DNA of 54,455 bases, from assembly GCA_001938485.1 (NCBI GenBank), contig MQRK01231253.1:35641-90095 (forward strand). The letters are read 5' to 3'. A program made the translations under genes and the position numbers. This stretch comes from Girardia tigrina (lineage: Eukaryota). Below are positions 1 to 11,771 of the stretch, in pieces; the first letter of the stretch is position 1; the number at the start of each line of letters is the position of its first letter. The notes beneath the pieces are model-generated. The model had not been told where the DNA came from. It was given only the letters and a program-made list of their open reading frames with translations, and searched no databases.

Positions 1-420
1 AGTGAAAATTTGAAGTTTCTATGTGGTCTAAATGCTGAGATATAGGCAAAAGTAAATGGCCCATTCTTGACAAGATGAAATACAGTGAAGGTATATGAAA
101 AGTGCTTAAATAAAAAATGCAATAGATGACCAAATATTAACATGTCAGTAGGATAGGGCCAGCGCTCTCATAGCAACAGCTTTAGTTCAATTTCTTCAGT
201 AAAATACTCCTGAACCGTAAGTTTGACCGTCTAAAATTTCAGACTTAAATATCATGGATTACGGTGTTTGGATCTTGTTATTAACAGAGCTTCAAAATTG
301 ACGACGTGACGTAAATTCTATTGATGATTTGAAAACGAGCTTGGGAAGAGCTTAAAACGATATCTCGCAAGTTGCCCTTCTCAACAATACACGAACTTGG
401 GTTTCTTGATTAATACGTTT
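1..420 (+). pseudogene. 3' part of a decayed Tc1/maT-like DDD transposase
   Basis: Degenerate QQDGA-like motif near 146-170 and *PSKISDLNIMDYGVW at ~224-271 (consensus WPxxSPDLNPxDYxVW), then NSIDDLKTSLGRA; many stops. Boundaries approximate. Confidence 0.7.
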
Positions 421-1245
421 TAACAATTTGATTGATTGATAGTTCTGATTTCGGATTAAAAATTTGAACAAGTTGTCCAGTTGAGGTGGTTGGAGTGGTA
501 GAATTACCGGACGGTTAAGGGGAGTATTTCGATATGTGTTTGGTGCTGTCTAATTTCGGTTTTAGGATTGAATTTCGAACTATATGATCCTAATCAAAAT
601 TTTCGACATAATAATTTGGTGCTGATTCAGAAAACCCGATCTTTAAAACGCTGTTTCCGCGTATGAAACCACCAAATGTTGTTTTATCTCGCGGGAAACG
701 TAAAGGAAAGTGTTCGATAACCTGGGAGTAATACAATTATAGGAGTCCTTAATAAAGGCCTCAAAAAATTTGTTAAAAATCAAGCGATTTTTAAACTTTT
801 TTTTGTAATTTTTCAAAATCCATTATATTTTTTATTAAAAAAATATAAAAAAATAAATAAAAAATATAAAATGATAATTAGTTATTTGTTTTTGTCAATT
901 TTTTAAGTAATTTTTTCTGTGTTATTTTATTCGCAATATTAGATTTATTTTGTTTCCATTGATTAATCAGATTTTTGTTATGTTTAGAATTATTTTCACA
1001 GTTTTATTTTATGATGAAATTTTAATTTTAAATATTTTAAATTTTTTTCATTCATATTCAATCTTTATTTATTATTATATTTACTAATTTGAAAACAAAT
1101 ATTTTTTTCGATATGAAAAATCGTATTTCTAAGTTTTAATTTTTTTATTCATTCATTTAATAATTCATATTATTTAATAAAAATTTCCTATTTTACAAAA
1201 TAAAAATTGAAATAGAAAATGTAAGAACGTTTGAATATTTTAGGC

Positions 1246-1350
1246 ATGTATGAATCGAAATTCCAGAATAAATTGTTCCCGAAGAATTTTCGAATTTTGA
1301 TTGTCGGTTAACTGGTTGTGGGAAAAATATATTGTTATCAAAAATGTTTG
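1246..1350 (+). pseudogene. N-terminal fragment of an A32-like packaging ATPase
   Basis: MYESKFQNKLFPKNFRILIVG(1-nt frameshift)TGCGKNILLSKM = Walker A GxxGxGK after a hydrophobic strand, typical of Polinton ATPases. Confidence 0.7.
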
Positions 1351-1464
1351 CCAGACACCTAAAATAGCTAAATTATTATAATATTTTATCCAAATATTCA
1401 TGACTATGGAAATAGCTTGATATTGATAAGATTTTTTATTAAAAAATAATTGTAAAATAAAAAA

Positions 1465-1756
1465 ATGAAAATGGAAGGTGGAGATATTGAAACAAATCTA
1501 TCTCAATATTCAAAATATATTCCTGGTTTTATGAAAACAAAATACGATGAGTTGCCTTTACCAGGAAAAAATTAATGTGGTCCGCTAACAAGATTGGAAA
1601 TCCGTTTGGATGACAATAACCAACAGGTGAGTGATGAACACAAAGCAGTTGATGGAATCGACGGAGCATGTTATCGTCATGCTTATAAATCCGATGATAT
1701 TCGTGATCGTCATTTAGCATATGTAAATCTGATTCACGATATCAATAATCTCGATG
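1465..1756 (+). pseudogene. Parvovirus-like phospholipase A2 (PLA2X) domain fragment
   Basis: Single frame reads ELPLPGKN*CGPLTRLEIRLDD...VDGIDGACYRH-AY...DIRDRHLA, matching LPGxNYxGP (Ca-loop) and DxACxxHDxAY; Tyr mutated to stop and the HD aspartate is deleted. Confidence 0.8.
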
Positions 1757-3296
1757 ATTGTTCCTTCTTTCTTTCGAGAATTTCAGCAAAATGTGTATGG
1801 ATTTCTATAAAATCGATCCCTGTTATTGTTACTCGACTCCTGGTTTGACTTAGTTAGCCGGAATGAAATCTACCAAACAAAAATTGAAATAGTTTAATGA
1901 ATCAACATATGATATGTTAATGTTTTACGAATCGGGAATACGAGGTGGTGTTGCATCGGTTTTGGGAAATCGATATATCAGACCACATAATCGCCATACG
2001 GAAGAAGATATCGATTGAAAAATATAAAATAAATGAACATGAATTTGATTTGATGATGGAAGATTTTGAACGGACGAAAGACAAAGCGAATTATGATTTT
2101 GATAAACATTTCCGAGAAAGTTTTATAATGTATTATGATGCCAACTCACTGTATTCAACATCAATGACCAGATATTTGCCAACGGGAGAAATGGAATGGT
2201 CATCAGACGATGATTTGTCGTATCAGAAATCGGATGAAAAATCGGATAAGGGATATGTTTACGAAGTCGATTTACGATATCCCGATGAAAGAAAACGAAA
2301 ATCATTCTATTATCCTTATTGTCCAGAAAGATTGTCCGCGTATGAAAAAATAGTTTATCCCGATCGGCCATATAAAACTGAAAAATTGGTGCAGACATTT
2401 CTCGATAAAAAGAAATATATTATCAAAGGCAGGACATTGGATTTTTATCTGAAAGAAGGAATGAAATTGAAACGAATCCATAGGAAATTGATTTACACGA
2501 AATCTCCCTGGTTGCGACCATATATCGAGTTCAATATCCAAAAACGTAAATAGGCAGGAGAAGGATCATTTGGAGATTTCTTTTTCAAATTGATGAACAA
2601 TTCGTTTTACGGTAAAACGCTGGAAAATGTTCGAAATCATTCGAAAATTAAAAATCTTAATAATCATCGGAAATTTGAAAAGTTGGCTGGCAAACCAGAA
2701 TACAAGTCATTGATTCTATTCAACCGGAAACTTTGTGCAGTTGAAATGCAGAAAACTTCAATCAAATTCGATAAATTCAAATATATTGAATTTACAGTTT
2801 TGGAACTATCAAAACTTTTCATGTTCCAATTTGCTTACGATGGTTTGCATAAAAATTGGGACTTTGAATCGGGAAATATATTAATCCACTATACCAACAC
2901 AGATTCTTTTTTTCGTTCAAATTTTTGATTCAATTGAAAATATTAATGAAAAATTAGGTGAATGGTTACATAATTCCGATTTAGGGTAATTCAAAGATGA
3001 AATAGGTGTGAAAATTATTGAAGAAATGGTTGATATTAAATCAAAAGATTATAGTTTTAAACTTATTTTATTGGCACAAAATCAGAAAAGAGAAACTTGT
3101 AAAAATAAGGGAGTTAAGGATGTGACTTTTGAAAATAGAATTAATATTTTATTTGATAATAAAACCATATTGAAAGAAGAAAAAAATATTGCATGAAATC
3201 AATATTGTATCGAGAACCAAGCAGGCATCTTCTGGATACGATAATAAACGATGATAGCCATTCAATAATGCAGCATCTTGTCTCATAGGATTTAAT
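1757..3296 (+). pseudogene. polB: Protein-primed family B DNA polymerase (Polinton pPolB), polymerase domain, disrupted
   Basis: FENF..C..FYKIDPC..YSTPGL, ESGIRGG, motif A YYDANSLY, SPWLRPYIEFN, motif B KLMNNSFYGKT, motif C YTNTDS, FKDE, KNKG; split over several frames. Confidence 0.93.
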
Positions 3297-4665
3297 AAAA
3301 ATGAATTAATGGAACAATATATTTTAATTTAATTTTTTATTAATAATAATAAATAATTGATTTTGAAAAATTACAAAAAAAGTTAAAAAGTAGCTTGATT
3401 TTTAACAATTTTTTGAGGCCTTTATTAAAGACCCCTATAACTGTATTACTCTTGGGTCAAGAAAATGATTTATCAAATATGCTATAACTACTAAGGAATC
3501 TAAAATATATTTATTACGAAAAAAGAGTAACAATTGTAAAATTATGACAAATTGAAAATAAACACAAATTTTAATTTATATTTCTATTTAATTTATAAAT
3601 AGGGGATAAATAGGTATTACAAAACGATTGTAATCGCAAAAACGTTTTTTATTGGAAAAAGACTAATTGATCATTTAGAATTATTCAAAGTTTACGTAAA
3701 TCTAAAATGTGATCAGGAAAAAATAAGTTTGCGAAATTCCAGCTCTATTCGATAACGAAAAGTGGGACAAATAATGACTAAACGTACAGTACAGCGAGGA
3801 AGGGCAAATTAATATAAAACATCTACACTAGTAATAATAAAGTAATAATTGATTACTTGAATGAATATAGGGAGATTCTAAAATTTCGATCTATTGAAGG
3901 TCAACCTAAGAATTTTTGTAATGACGATTCTCATTGTAATATTAAAAGTAATTGTATCCAAGAAATCTTAACACAAGTCATACCCCAAAGAGAAATGTTT
4001 TTGTTATAAAAACCCTTGGTTCAGGTTACGTACATTAATGGTTTTTAAGTTCCAAATTTTAAAATAAATCGATTATAATTTAACATAAAATGATTTCATC
4101 ATTATATTTTATTCATATTAGTTATTAAAATCTAAAATAATTAAAATAAATAAACAGCTAATACAAACATCTGCTATATCTTTTGCCAACTTATTACTTA
4201 ATTTAAATATCATTTCACTATAAAAATTTATCACCGAATAAATGAATCTTATTTTGTGTGAATTACCGCCGGAATGAAATGTTTGTTCGAGAAATCAAAT
4301 AATACATCGACAATCAGGAAATATGTTTCTTCCTCAAACGACTCAGCCGCTAAATTAAATAACAAAAAGTAGAAGACTTTAATTTAGAGGATCAATAAAT
4401 TTGAGTATGACAATTATTTTATAATAAATAATTTTAGATTTTAGCGCATTGCAAATATTTTTATTATTATTTTTATTTTTTTATTATACCCTTTATTAGA
4501 ATTGTGGATATTATAATTAAAACTTGTAAAATGAAAATGTAAATGTCACATTTCCGAAAAATGTCAAATGCAAACTTTACAAAGTAAGAAAACAAAATCG
4601 AATCTTTCAAATATAAAACATAAATTATTAAAGGAAATTGAAAAAAAACATAAAATGTATATTTG

Positions 4666-5239
4666 TGACCAAAGCTGAGAAAAGTGACCACAAGTAAGAA
4701 ACTGAGTTAAGAGTGCCACGTTGTAGGTCTCATAATAGTTAACATCTGTGCAAAAAATCATGCTGATATTCCATCATTTGACTCTTCTACAGATATTACA
4801 ATGGTCATATTCGTAAAAACTCATTTCTGAGAAAACGCGAATTGAAACATCATGTTTATTAAAATCCATATTTGAAACAATGCGTTTTAGACAGCAGCAG
4901 CAGTCTGAATAATGATTCACCTGACTTTAAATATTTTCACTGAAATTAAACATCAAGCCCGCTATTTATACCTAATTACAAAAATTATTTTCCTCAGTAT
5001 TGGTATGATTTTTTAGTGAAAACACAATGGCTGACTTGCGGTCTCTTTTCACTCAGTCACTTGAAGTTGGTAGTTAAGGCCTATAGATAGAATGATGCTT
5101 ACTGTATTAAGGGGCATGGATTGACCTATTGAAATAGATAGAGAATTACTTTTGCCCCATTTTTGACAAATCCACTATTACAGGCGATTTCTGGGCTTTC
5201 TGTGCAGCGACTTGTGGTCCCTTTTCTCAGCTGCGGTCA
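4666..5239. mobile_element. MITE-like non-autonomous DNA element with 30-bp TIRs
   Basis: TGACCAAAGCTGAGAAAAGTGACCACAAGT at 4666 vs ACTTGTGGTCCCTTTTCTCAGCTGCGGTCA ending 5239 (27/30); flanks ATTTG/TTTTG; no coding capacity. Confidence 0.75.
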
Positions 5240-5668
5240 TTTTGTAAACTTAAAGATATAAAATCAGAACGTTCTGAAATTTAAATAGAAAATGCGATTT
5301 TTATAGGTAAAATTCTTTACAAGTAATTTTGGAAAATTTAAAAGTAAAAAGTTATAAAGATGATAAAATAGTAATAATTGTCATTCATTATATAAAATTA
5401 AGCCGTTTCTAAAAAATATTTGATAATTTAAACAAAAATATAAAATGCGAGAATTATTAAAAAAGTAATTGGAACCATAATTAATAAATTTTTAAAAAAT
5501 TAATACATATTTAACTTTATTTGAATAATTTTTAAAAAGATATTAGCCATTCTCTACTGTAATTTTAATCTATTACGACATTATAAGAATTAAAAAAAAT
5601 AAAAATTGAAACTTTTAAAATTCAGAAAAAAATAGTAAGAAACGTTATTTATTAACAGTCGATATATA

Positions 5669-7317
5669 CCCTGAAATCTCGTTATAAACATCTAATAGTT
5701 ACTAAGCCCGAGGCTTAGTAAATAATTTCGGCCATCATAATTTTTCTAGTTTCTTTACTAAGCCACTACCTGAATTTTTATCTAAAATCTTCGAAATTAA
5801 TTTTTAATATAAAATCCATGTTATTGAATAATTAATTTCAAAAGTTTAGGGTAATTAAAATGTCATAACAAAAATGACAGTCTTATACGTTGAATCACAA
5901 GCTCGAAGCTGTCAAGTTTGCAGTCGATAATTCTCTAGCAAAAACTACTGAGCACTTTAGAGTAAACATTAGTCAAATTAGGCGATGGAAAAGTAACAAG
6001 TAGAAATGGAAGCTGCAAAAAAGAAGGAAGGAAATGTTGTCAAAAGAAAAAGATCAGCAAAATACCCAGCAATAGAGGCACACATGAAGACCTAGTTTGC
6101 TGCCAGCGTAAAGAAGGTTATCCAGTGTCTGGAACGGTTATTAAGCGTGAAGCAAAAGCACATGTAATTCGGATGAAAATTAATGACTTCAAAGAATCTT
6201 GCTGTTGGTTTTCCAATTTCATGAAACGAAATGGTGTTGTTCGCCGTGCAGTGACATCAATCGGTCAGAAACTCCCAGATAATTGGAAACAAAAAATGAA
6301 ATCTTTCGTTGATTTCGTAACTCAACATAAAGACAACTATTCACTTGATCATATTGAAAATATGGACGAAGTTCCAGTATATTTTGATATGCCATCAAAA
6401 TTCACCATGGATCTTCAAGGGTCATCTGATATTCGTGTTACCACTACAGGTTCTGAATACTCACGCTTCACGGTTGCTCTTTGAGTAGAATTAAACTTCC
6501 AGGCTTATATCATTTTTCGTCACAAAACAATTCCTAAATTCAATCATCCTTCAAATGTTATCGTCTCGGAAAATGAAAAATCATGTATGACTGCTTCAGA
6601 AACTCTACTTTGGCATGAAACAATTTTGATGAAGCGAAAAAAATGTAATGTTCAATCGTAAATCATTACTTATGCTCGATGGTGCTCCTGGTCACAAACT
6701 GATTACGTCAAGGAAAAATTCCATCGCAGTGGTACTTTGATGGCCATGATTCCAGAAGGTCTAACTAAAAAACTACAAGTCTTAGATATCAGTGTCAATA
6801 AATCGTTCAAATCACGTCTTCGAAGCAGGTGGGAAAATTGGCTCATAAACTATTACAAAAATTCCACAAAATCTGGAAATTTAAAGCGTGTGTCATACGA
6901 AGAAATTACAAAATGGATTTCAGAAGCATGGAATGAAGTTACAGTCTCAAAAATTACAAGTGGTTTCAAAAAGACAACAATCAAATTCTACGGTGATGAT
7001 GAAGAAGAAATTGATCAAGTCTCAGAAGAAGACCCAGATGATAACGAGGATGACATGGAAACTAATGATGAAGAAATTCGTGATCAACTCATATACATTT
7101 TAACGGATGAGAGAAACTTTGGAAGTGATGAAAAAGATGATAAAGATCAGATTTAAGTTTTTATATTAAAATAAAAAAAATTTAATTATTCTTTCTAATT
7201 TCTTTACTAAGCCTCTACTAGATACTAAGCGTCTATTTTTTTACTAAGCCTCTACCAAGCTGAAAAGAAAACGTTTTTTTCTCTACTAAGCCTAAGGCTT
7301 ATAACTATATTTCAGGG
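5669..7317 (+). mobile_element. pogo-family DNA transposon
   Basis: TA-flanked TIRs CCCTGAAATCTCGTTATAA / TTATAACTATATTTCAGGG; subterminal ACTAAGCC repeats at both ends. Confidence 0.9.
5860..7156 (+). pseudogene. pogo transposase (N-terminal HTH, CENP-B HTH, DDE_1), disrupted
   Basis: SYTLNHKLEAVKFA...SQIRRWK; WFSNFMKRNG; NMDEVP; LDGAPGH; LQVLDISVNKSFK; acidic tail; stops and frameshifts. Confidence 0.9.
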
Positions 7318-7439
7318 TAGTTATATTTCCTTCGTTGCAAGATTGATTACTCCTTCTCAACTCAGTTAATTGATTGTGCAATAACTACTTTTTTGGTTGC
7401 TAATTAATTGAATTAACCATGTAATAGATCGACAACATG

Positions 7440-7700
7440 GTATTACGTATTACTCTTTTACAAGTATCATTTTTCACATGATAAGTGCGATCAAGAATCT
7501 TTCTAATGACACCATAGGGTCAGTCATATCTGATATCGTCTTTCCTACGACATTTTTTTACAATTACTTCATCATTTATTTCTAAATGGCTGTTTCCTCA
7601 ATTTTCATTTTTTATAAGTTTTAAATTACAGTAATCCTTACAATATAAGAGTTTCAATTACTTTTACATTGTTAGATAAAGCGATCCTCAATTTTCGGGA
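7440..7700 (-). pseudogene. Gypsy integrase C-terminal (GPY/F) remnant
   Basis: Minus strand reads LEINDEVIVKKCRRKDDIRYD*PYGVIRKILDRTYHV, resembling xGDxV...GPYxV...Y. Confidence 0.45.
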
Positions 7701-9585
7701 CAATTTTTTAGTCATAAAAAGTCCTCTTACATATCGAAATATACGGTAATGCATATTTTTTCATTAATTTTTTTACTAATAATAAATTCAAGCATCTTTT
7801 TTACTAATTTTTACTAATCTTTTTTTACAATCTAGCAGTGATATTATGTAATCAGTTTCATAGAATTGATTATTTAAAACTAGGATGTTCAAAATTACCG
7901 ACAAAATCTTTTACCGGTATTACCGTATTATATTTTGCATTTACAAATATAAATATCATTTTTGATTCTTAAAGAGTTTCTTAATGTTTTTTTTATTTTA
8001 TATTCTGCAGTAGCCGTTCTTTGAATGTGATTAATTCATTCGGAATACTTTCGCGAACTTCTTAAATGTCACTCTCAACAATTTTTTTGTGTCAATATTT
8101 TCATTTATTGAAACTCATTTAAAATTTGTATAATTATATTTATTAGTTGTGTTTTGCTTGGTATCTATAGAGTCCAAATCAAACAGACATCCATCAAAAA
8201 AGTTCCGATTATTTAAAAAAATGAATTACATCAGAATATATTGTTCTCCGTTCCTCTATCACTTTAATAATTTCATAATGTAATATGCTTGATAATTCAT
8301 TATTCTTTTTTAAAAAATTTTAAAAAATAAACATTTTTAAAAAAAATAGAATAATCCCCAGGGAGATTATTGGAAGTTTTAGAGTATTTATTAATTTTAA
8401 TTAATAAATCACTAAATTATTAAACAAAAGTGAAAATCACAAAATTATTTTTAAGATTGTGGTAATTGCAAAGTCTTTTTTAAATTGTTTCTAAATTAAC
8501 TGATTTGTCAATAGAAATCAAATGCGCGTATTATTAAAGTTGTACGAGACCATTTAACGGCTGGCTTCAGCAATGCCTGGCTGATAAAAGAGTTTTTGAG
8601 CTCCACTAATTATTTTTGCCTCGAAAGACGATTAACCAAATCGAATATGTTTCTTCGGCTGTTTCTAACACCGCAAAAAAATAGGTAAAGCACTCCGAAA
8701 ATATAATTAATTATTAATTGTCAAAATATCGTATTAGTTCCTGTTAAATTCAATTATTTTTAGCAAAATGATTCTCATCTTACTTTTATCACAATAATCT
8801 TTTTAAAGGCCATGAATAAATCATTGGCTCATAAAAATATGTTTCTGAACAATTTTTGCTTAGGTCAGACTAAGATTGAGTGAGTACAAAATTATTAGGT
8901 ATTATCAGTTAACATCAGTGTAGTCTATAGAAGATTTGATATCGAAATTTGATATTACAATTTAATTTACTTGCATTTTTTTTACTACATTTCAAGCATA
9001 TTTCGACTTAATTGATGTAAAACACAGGAAGTTACACTAATGTCGTTTCTAAGAGTTTATAAAATACTTCAGAATACATAATAACGTTTTATTCTACTTC
9101 TCAGAAACATTTCAATAATGCGATTACTAATCACAATTATTTATTACACAACATATTTTAAACTTTTAATGACTGAGATATAATTTAAAAATATAAAAGA
9201 GGATTTTAAAATTTTGAAAGAAAATTCAGTGGGCTTTTAAGGTTTCACACATTAATGTAAGCTTAGTGTAAGAAGACATTTTCAGCCGTGAGGCACTTTC
9301 TAATCCACAAACAAATTAATAGACTCATTAGATTGAGTATTCTTAATTTTTTCCCTTCATTGTTTTATCTACAGTCTCACGAGTAAGCTTCCTTAATGTT
9401 TTAATGCCTTCAATAGATTTAATAAAAGAAAAGTAAATGGTCAAAGAACAATAAATAAGCCTCTTATCATATCCCTTCTAAATCTAGACTCTCGGAAACT
9501 ATAATGGAATATTTGAAACCAGAAATATATTATCATAAAAACTCTTTTTACTTTTTTCTATTTTTAACTCTTTTTTTTGCATTTT

Positions 9586-9796
9586 GGGGCTGTCCATAAA
9601 TGACGTCACGCAATTTTAGCAGATTTCCAACCTCTTCTTTCCCTTGTCAAAATTTGTTACAGAATTCTTTCTCTAAATACTTCAACATTTCGATTTGACG
9701 TCACATTTCCAAAACCCCCTCCCCCAAGTAACACTTCGTCACTAAATTCTGTCCACCTTCCCCCGTACTACGTTATGTTTTTTTATGGACGGTCCC
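9586..9796. mobile_element. 211-bp MITE (Zator/Harbinger-like termini)
   Basis: TIR GGGGCTGTCCATAAA / TTTATGGACGGTCCC (13/15); TTT flanks; internal TGACGTCAC repeats and C-runs. Confidence 0.7.
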
Positions 9797-9969
9797 TTTA
9801 TCAGCATATATATGATCATAGTAAAATTTGAGCTTGTGTTGTGAACCGTGAATCAGACGATAACGAAATTTTGCAAATTTAACCTAAATTGACTTTTAGA
9901 AATATAATTAATAAATAAGTGATAAAAATGGTCATTTATCAAATAAATTAGTATTTTATTGATATTTTC

Positions 9970-10086
9970 TGTTGAATAATTATGTAAACATTAATGTATT
10001 TTAATGTGTGTGTTGTTTTAATAATCATTATTGTAAATTGTTAATTCAAATATATTTTTCTTAGTTGGATATTCTCTTTCACAACA
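9970..10086 (+). repeat. 5' LTR (117 bp)
   Basis: TGTTGAATAATTATG...TTTCACAACA; first ~86 bp nearly identical to 14844-14929. Confidence 0.9.
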
Positions 10087-10095
10087 GTGGCGTCA

Positions 10096-11760
10096 TGAGC
10101 AGGATCAAAGTCGATAGTGGAGATCACCAGTCGAAATTGCTGGAAGTAATTTTGAATGTAATCCTGAAAAGGGACTGCGCCAAAACTCCGAAAACATTTG
10201 AAGTAGGGGATGGTGCTGTCCAATTTTTGAAATGCATGGATGCATTTATGTGGCAACTTGAAATATCGGAGGAAGCACAAGCTGACTTTTTCATGGAATA
10301 CTTTGAGGAAGATGTTCAGTGTTTTCTGAAGTCGCAGTGGGATTACACCCAAACCAAAAGAGTTTCGAATGACTTAAGGAAACTTTTTTGAAGCTGTTCG
10401 GACGAAAAAAGTCAGATATTTCATCGTGGATGAAACTATTCGGCATTCGACAGAAGTATGGCCAGTCAACGAAGGACTTAATGAAAGAAGTAAGAATTCG
10501 TTGTTTTAAAGAATTACCGGAGTTGACCTCCGAAGAAAGAGAGCCAAAAACTCTCCAAGTTTTTATAAATGGTTTAATGAATGACAGAGCTCAAAAAGCA
10601 CTAAAAGTGTTGCAGCCTAAAACTTTGGATGAAGCATTCGAGATGATAAAAAAAGAATGTGTAACTCGGGAGATGTCGGCAACAGTAAATGTGCTGGCCG
10701 AGAATGATGAAATTCGAATGCTCAGGGATGAAATTTCAGAACTGAACAAACGTATTATCTCATTGCAGGAAACGGTAAAAGGGCTGCAGCAAGAAAGACA
10801 ATCGAGTCAATGGAAAGGCGATAATNNNNNNNNNNNNNNNNNNNNNNNNNNNNNNNNNNNNNNNNNNNNNNNNNNTGAAATTCGAATGCTCAGGGATGAA
10901 ATTTCAGAACTGAACAAACGTATTATCTCATTGCAGGAAACGGTAAAAGGGCTGCAGCAAGAAAGACAATCGAGTCAATGGAAAGGCGATAATAAAACGA
11001 GAAATCCTGTCAGAGAAACAAGAAACAATGTGACTGAAATTGTGGGAGCAGCAGTCACATTTTGAGAGACTGTAAAAAGTCTCGATTCTGCAAAAAATGC
11101 AACAAAAAGGGACATATAGATAAGTTTTGTCTAAACGGAAAACGTAAATCAGTCCATGTGGTCGAGTCTGCCAGTAAATCCAGTAATGAAAGTGAAACAG
11201 ACACGGGAACAGGTACGGAAGAACCGAGCATTTGTCATATTTCAAATGAAAAGAAGTCGTATGCCAGAGAGGTGAAAGAAACAGTTCCGAAACAAAAGGA
11301 ACAGAATAATCTTCGAGTAAAGAAGAGCAGTTATAAAGTAAAAGATCAGAACAAACCAATGTGTTACGGTCAGATCAATGGGAACAGTAAAAAGATCTTA
11401 TTAGATACCGGAGCCGAAGTGCATGTTACCAGTAAAGACATGCTAATGGAGTTGCAAGATTTAGATAAAACATTGAAAACCAGACGTTCATCCCGAAAAA
11501 TCAAGTGTGCAGATGGATTTACAGTGCCTATACGAGCGGACGTATCCATGATAGTTGAATTGGGTGCTAAAGGGAAAAGTTGCAATTTCTTTGTTGTGGA
11601 TGGATTGAGCCCGGATATAATTCTTTGGATACCGAGCATGAAGAGTCTTGGGTTTAAGATTGATCTCGATAATAATGGTGTTAATAGTGGAACAATTTTC
11701 GTTCCATTCGTTTCGAAGGTGAATGAAGATACGACAGTTCGGACAAATCAGTTAAACTGA
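10096..11760 (+). pseudogene. gag: gag + aspartic protease (ORF1), frameshifted
   Basis: Capsid-like region (FINGL...PKTLDEA), coiled coil, two CCHC knuckles (xNCGSSSHILRDC; CKKCNKKGHIDKFC), protease LLDTGAEV. Confidence 0.88.
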
Positions 11761-11771
11761 AAGGGCACTGT

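Larger units (their letters stand above)
727..3450 (+). mobile_element. Internally deleted Polinton/Maverick (adintovirus-like) element
   Basis: ~95-bp imperfect TIRs (727-820 vs 3359-3450) with AGT...ACT termini; 6-bp TSD CCTGGG (721-726) / CTTGGG (3451-3456); contains ATPase, PLA2 and pPolB fragments. Confidence 0.92.

Noticed and set aside
10707-10993. Apparent tandem duplication within gag
   Set aside because: Identical sequence on both sides of a 50-N gap; an unmerged contig overlap artefact.
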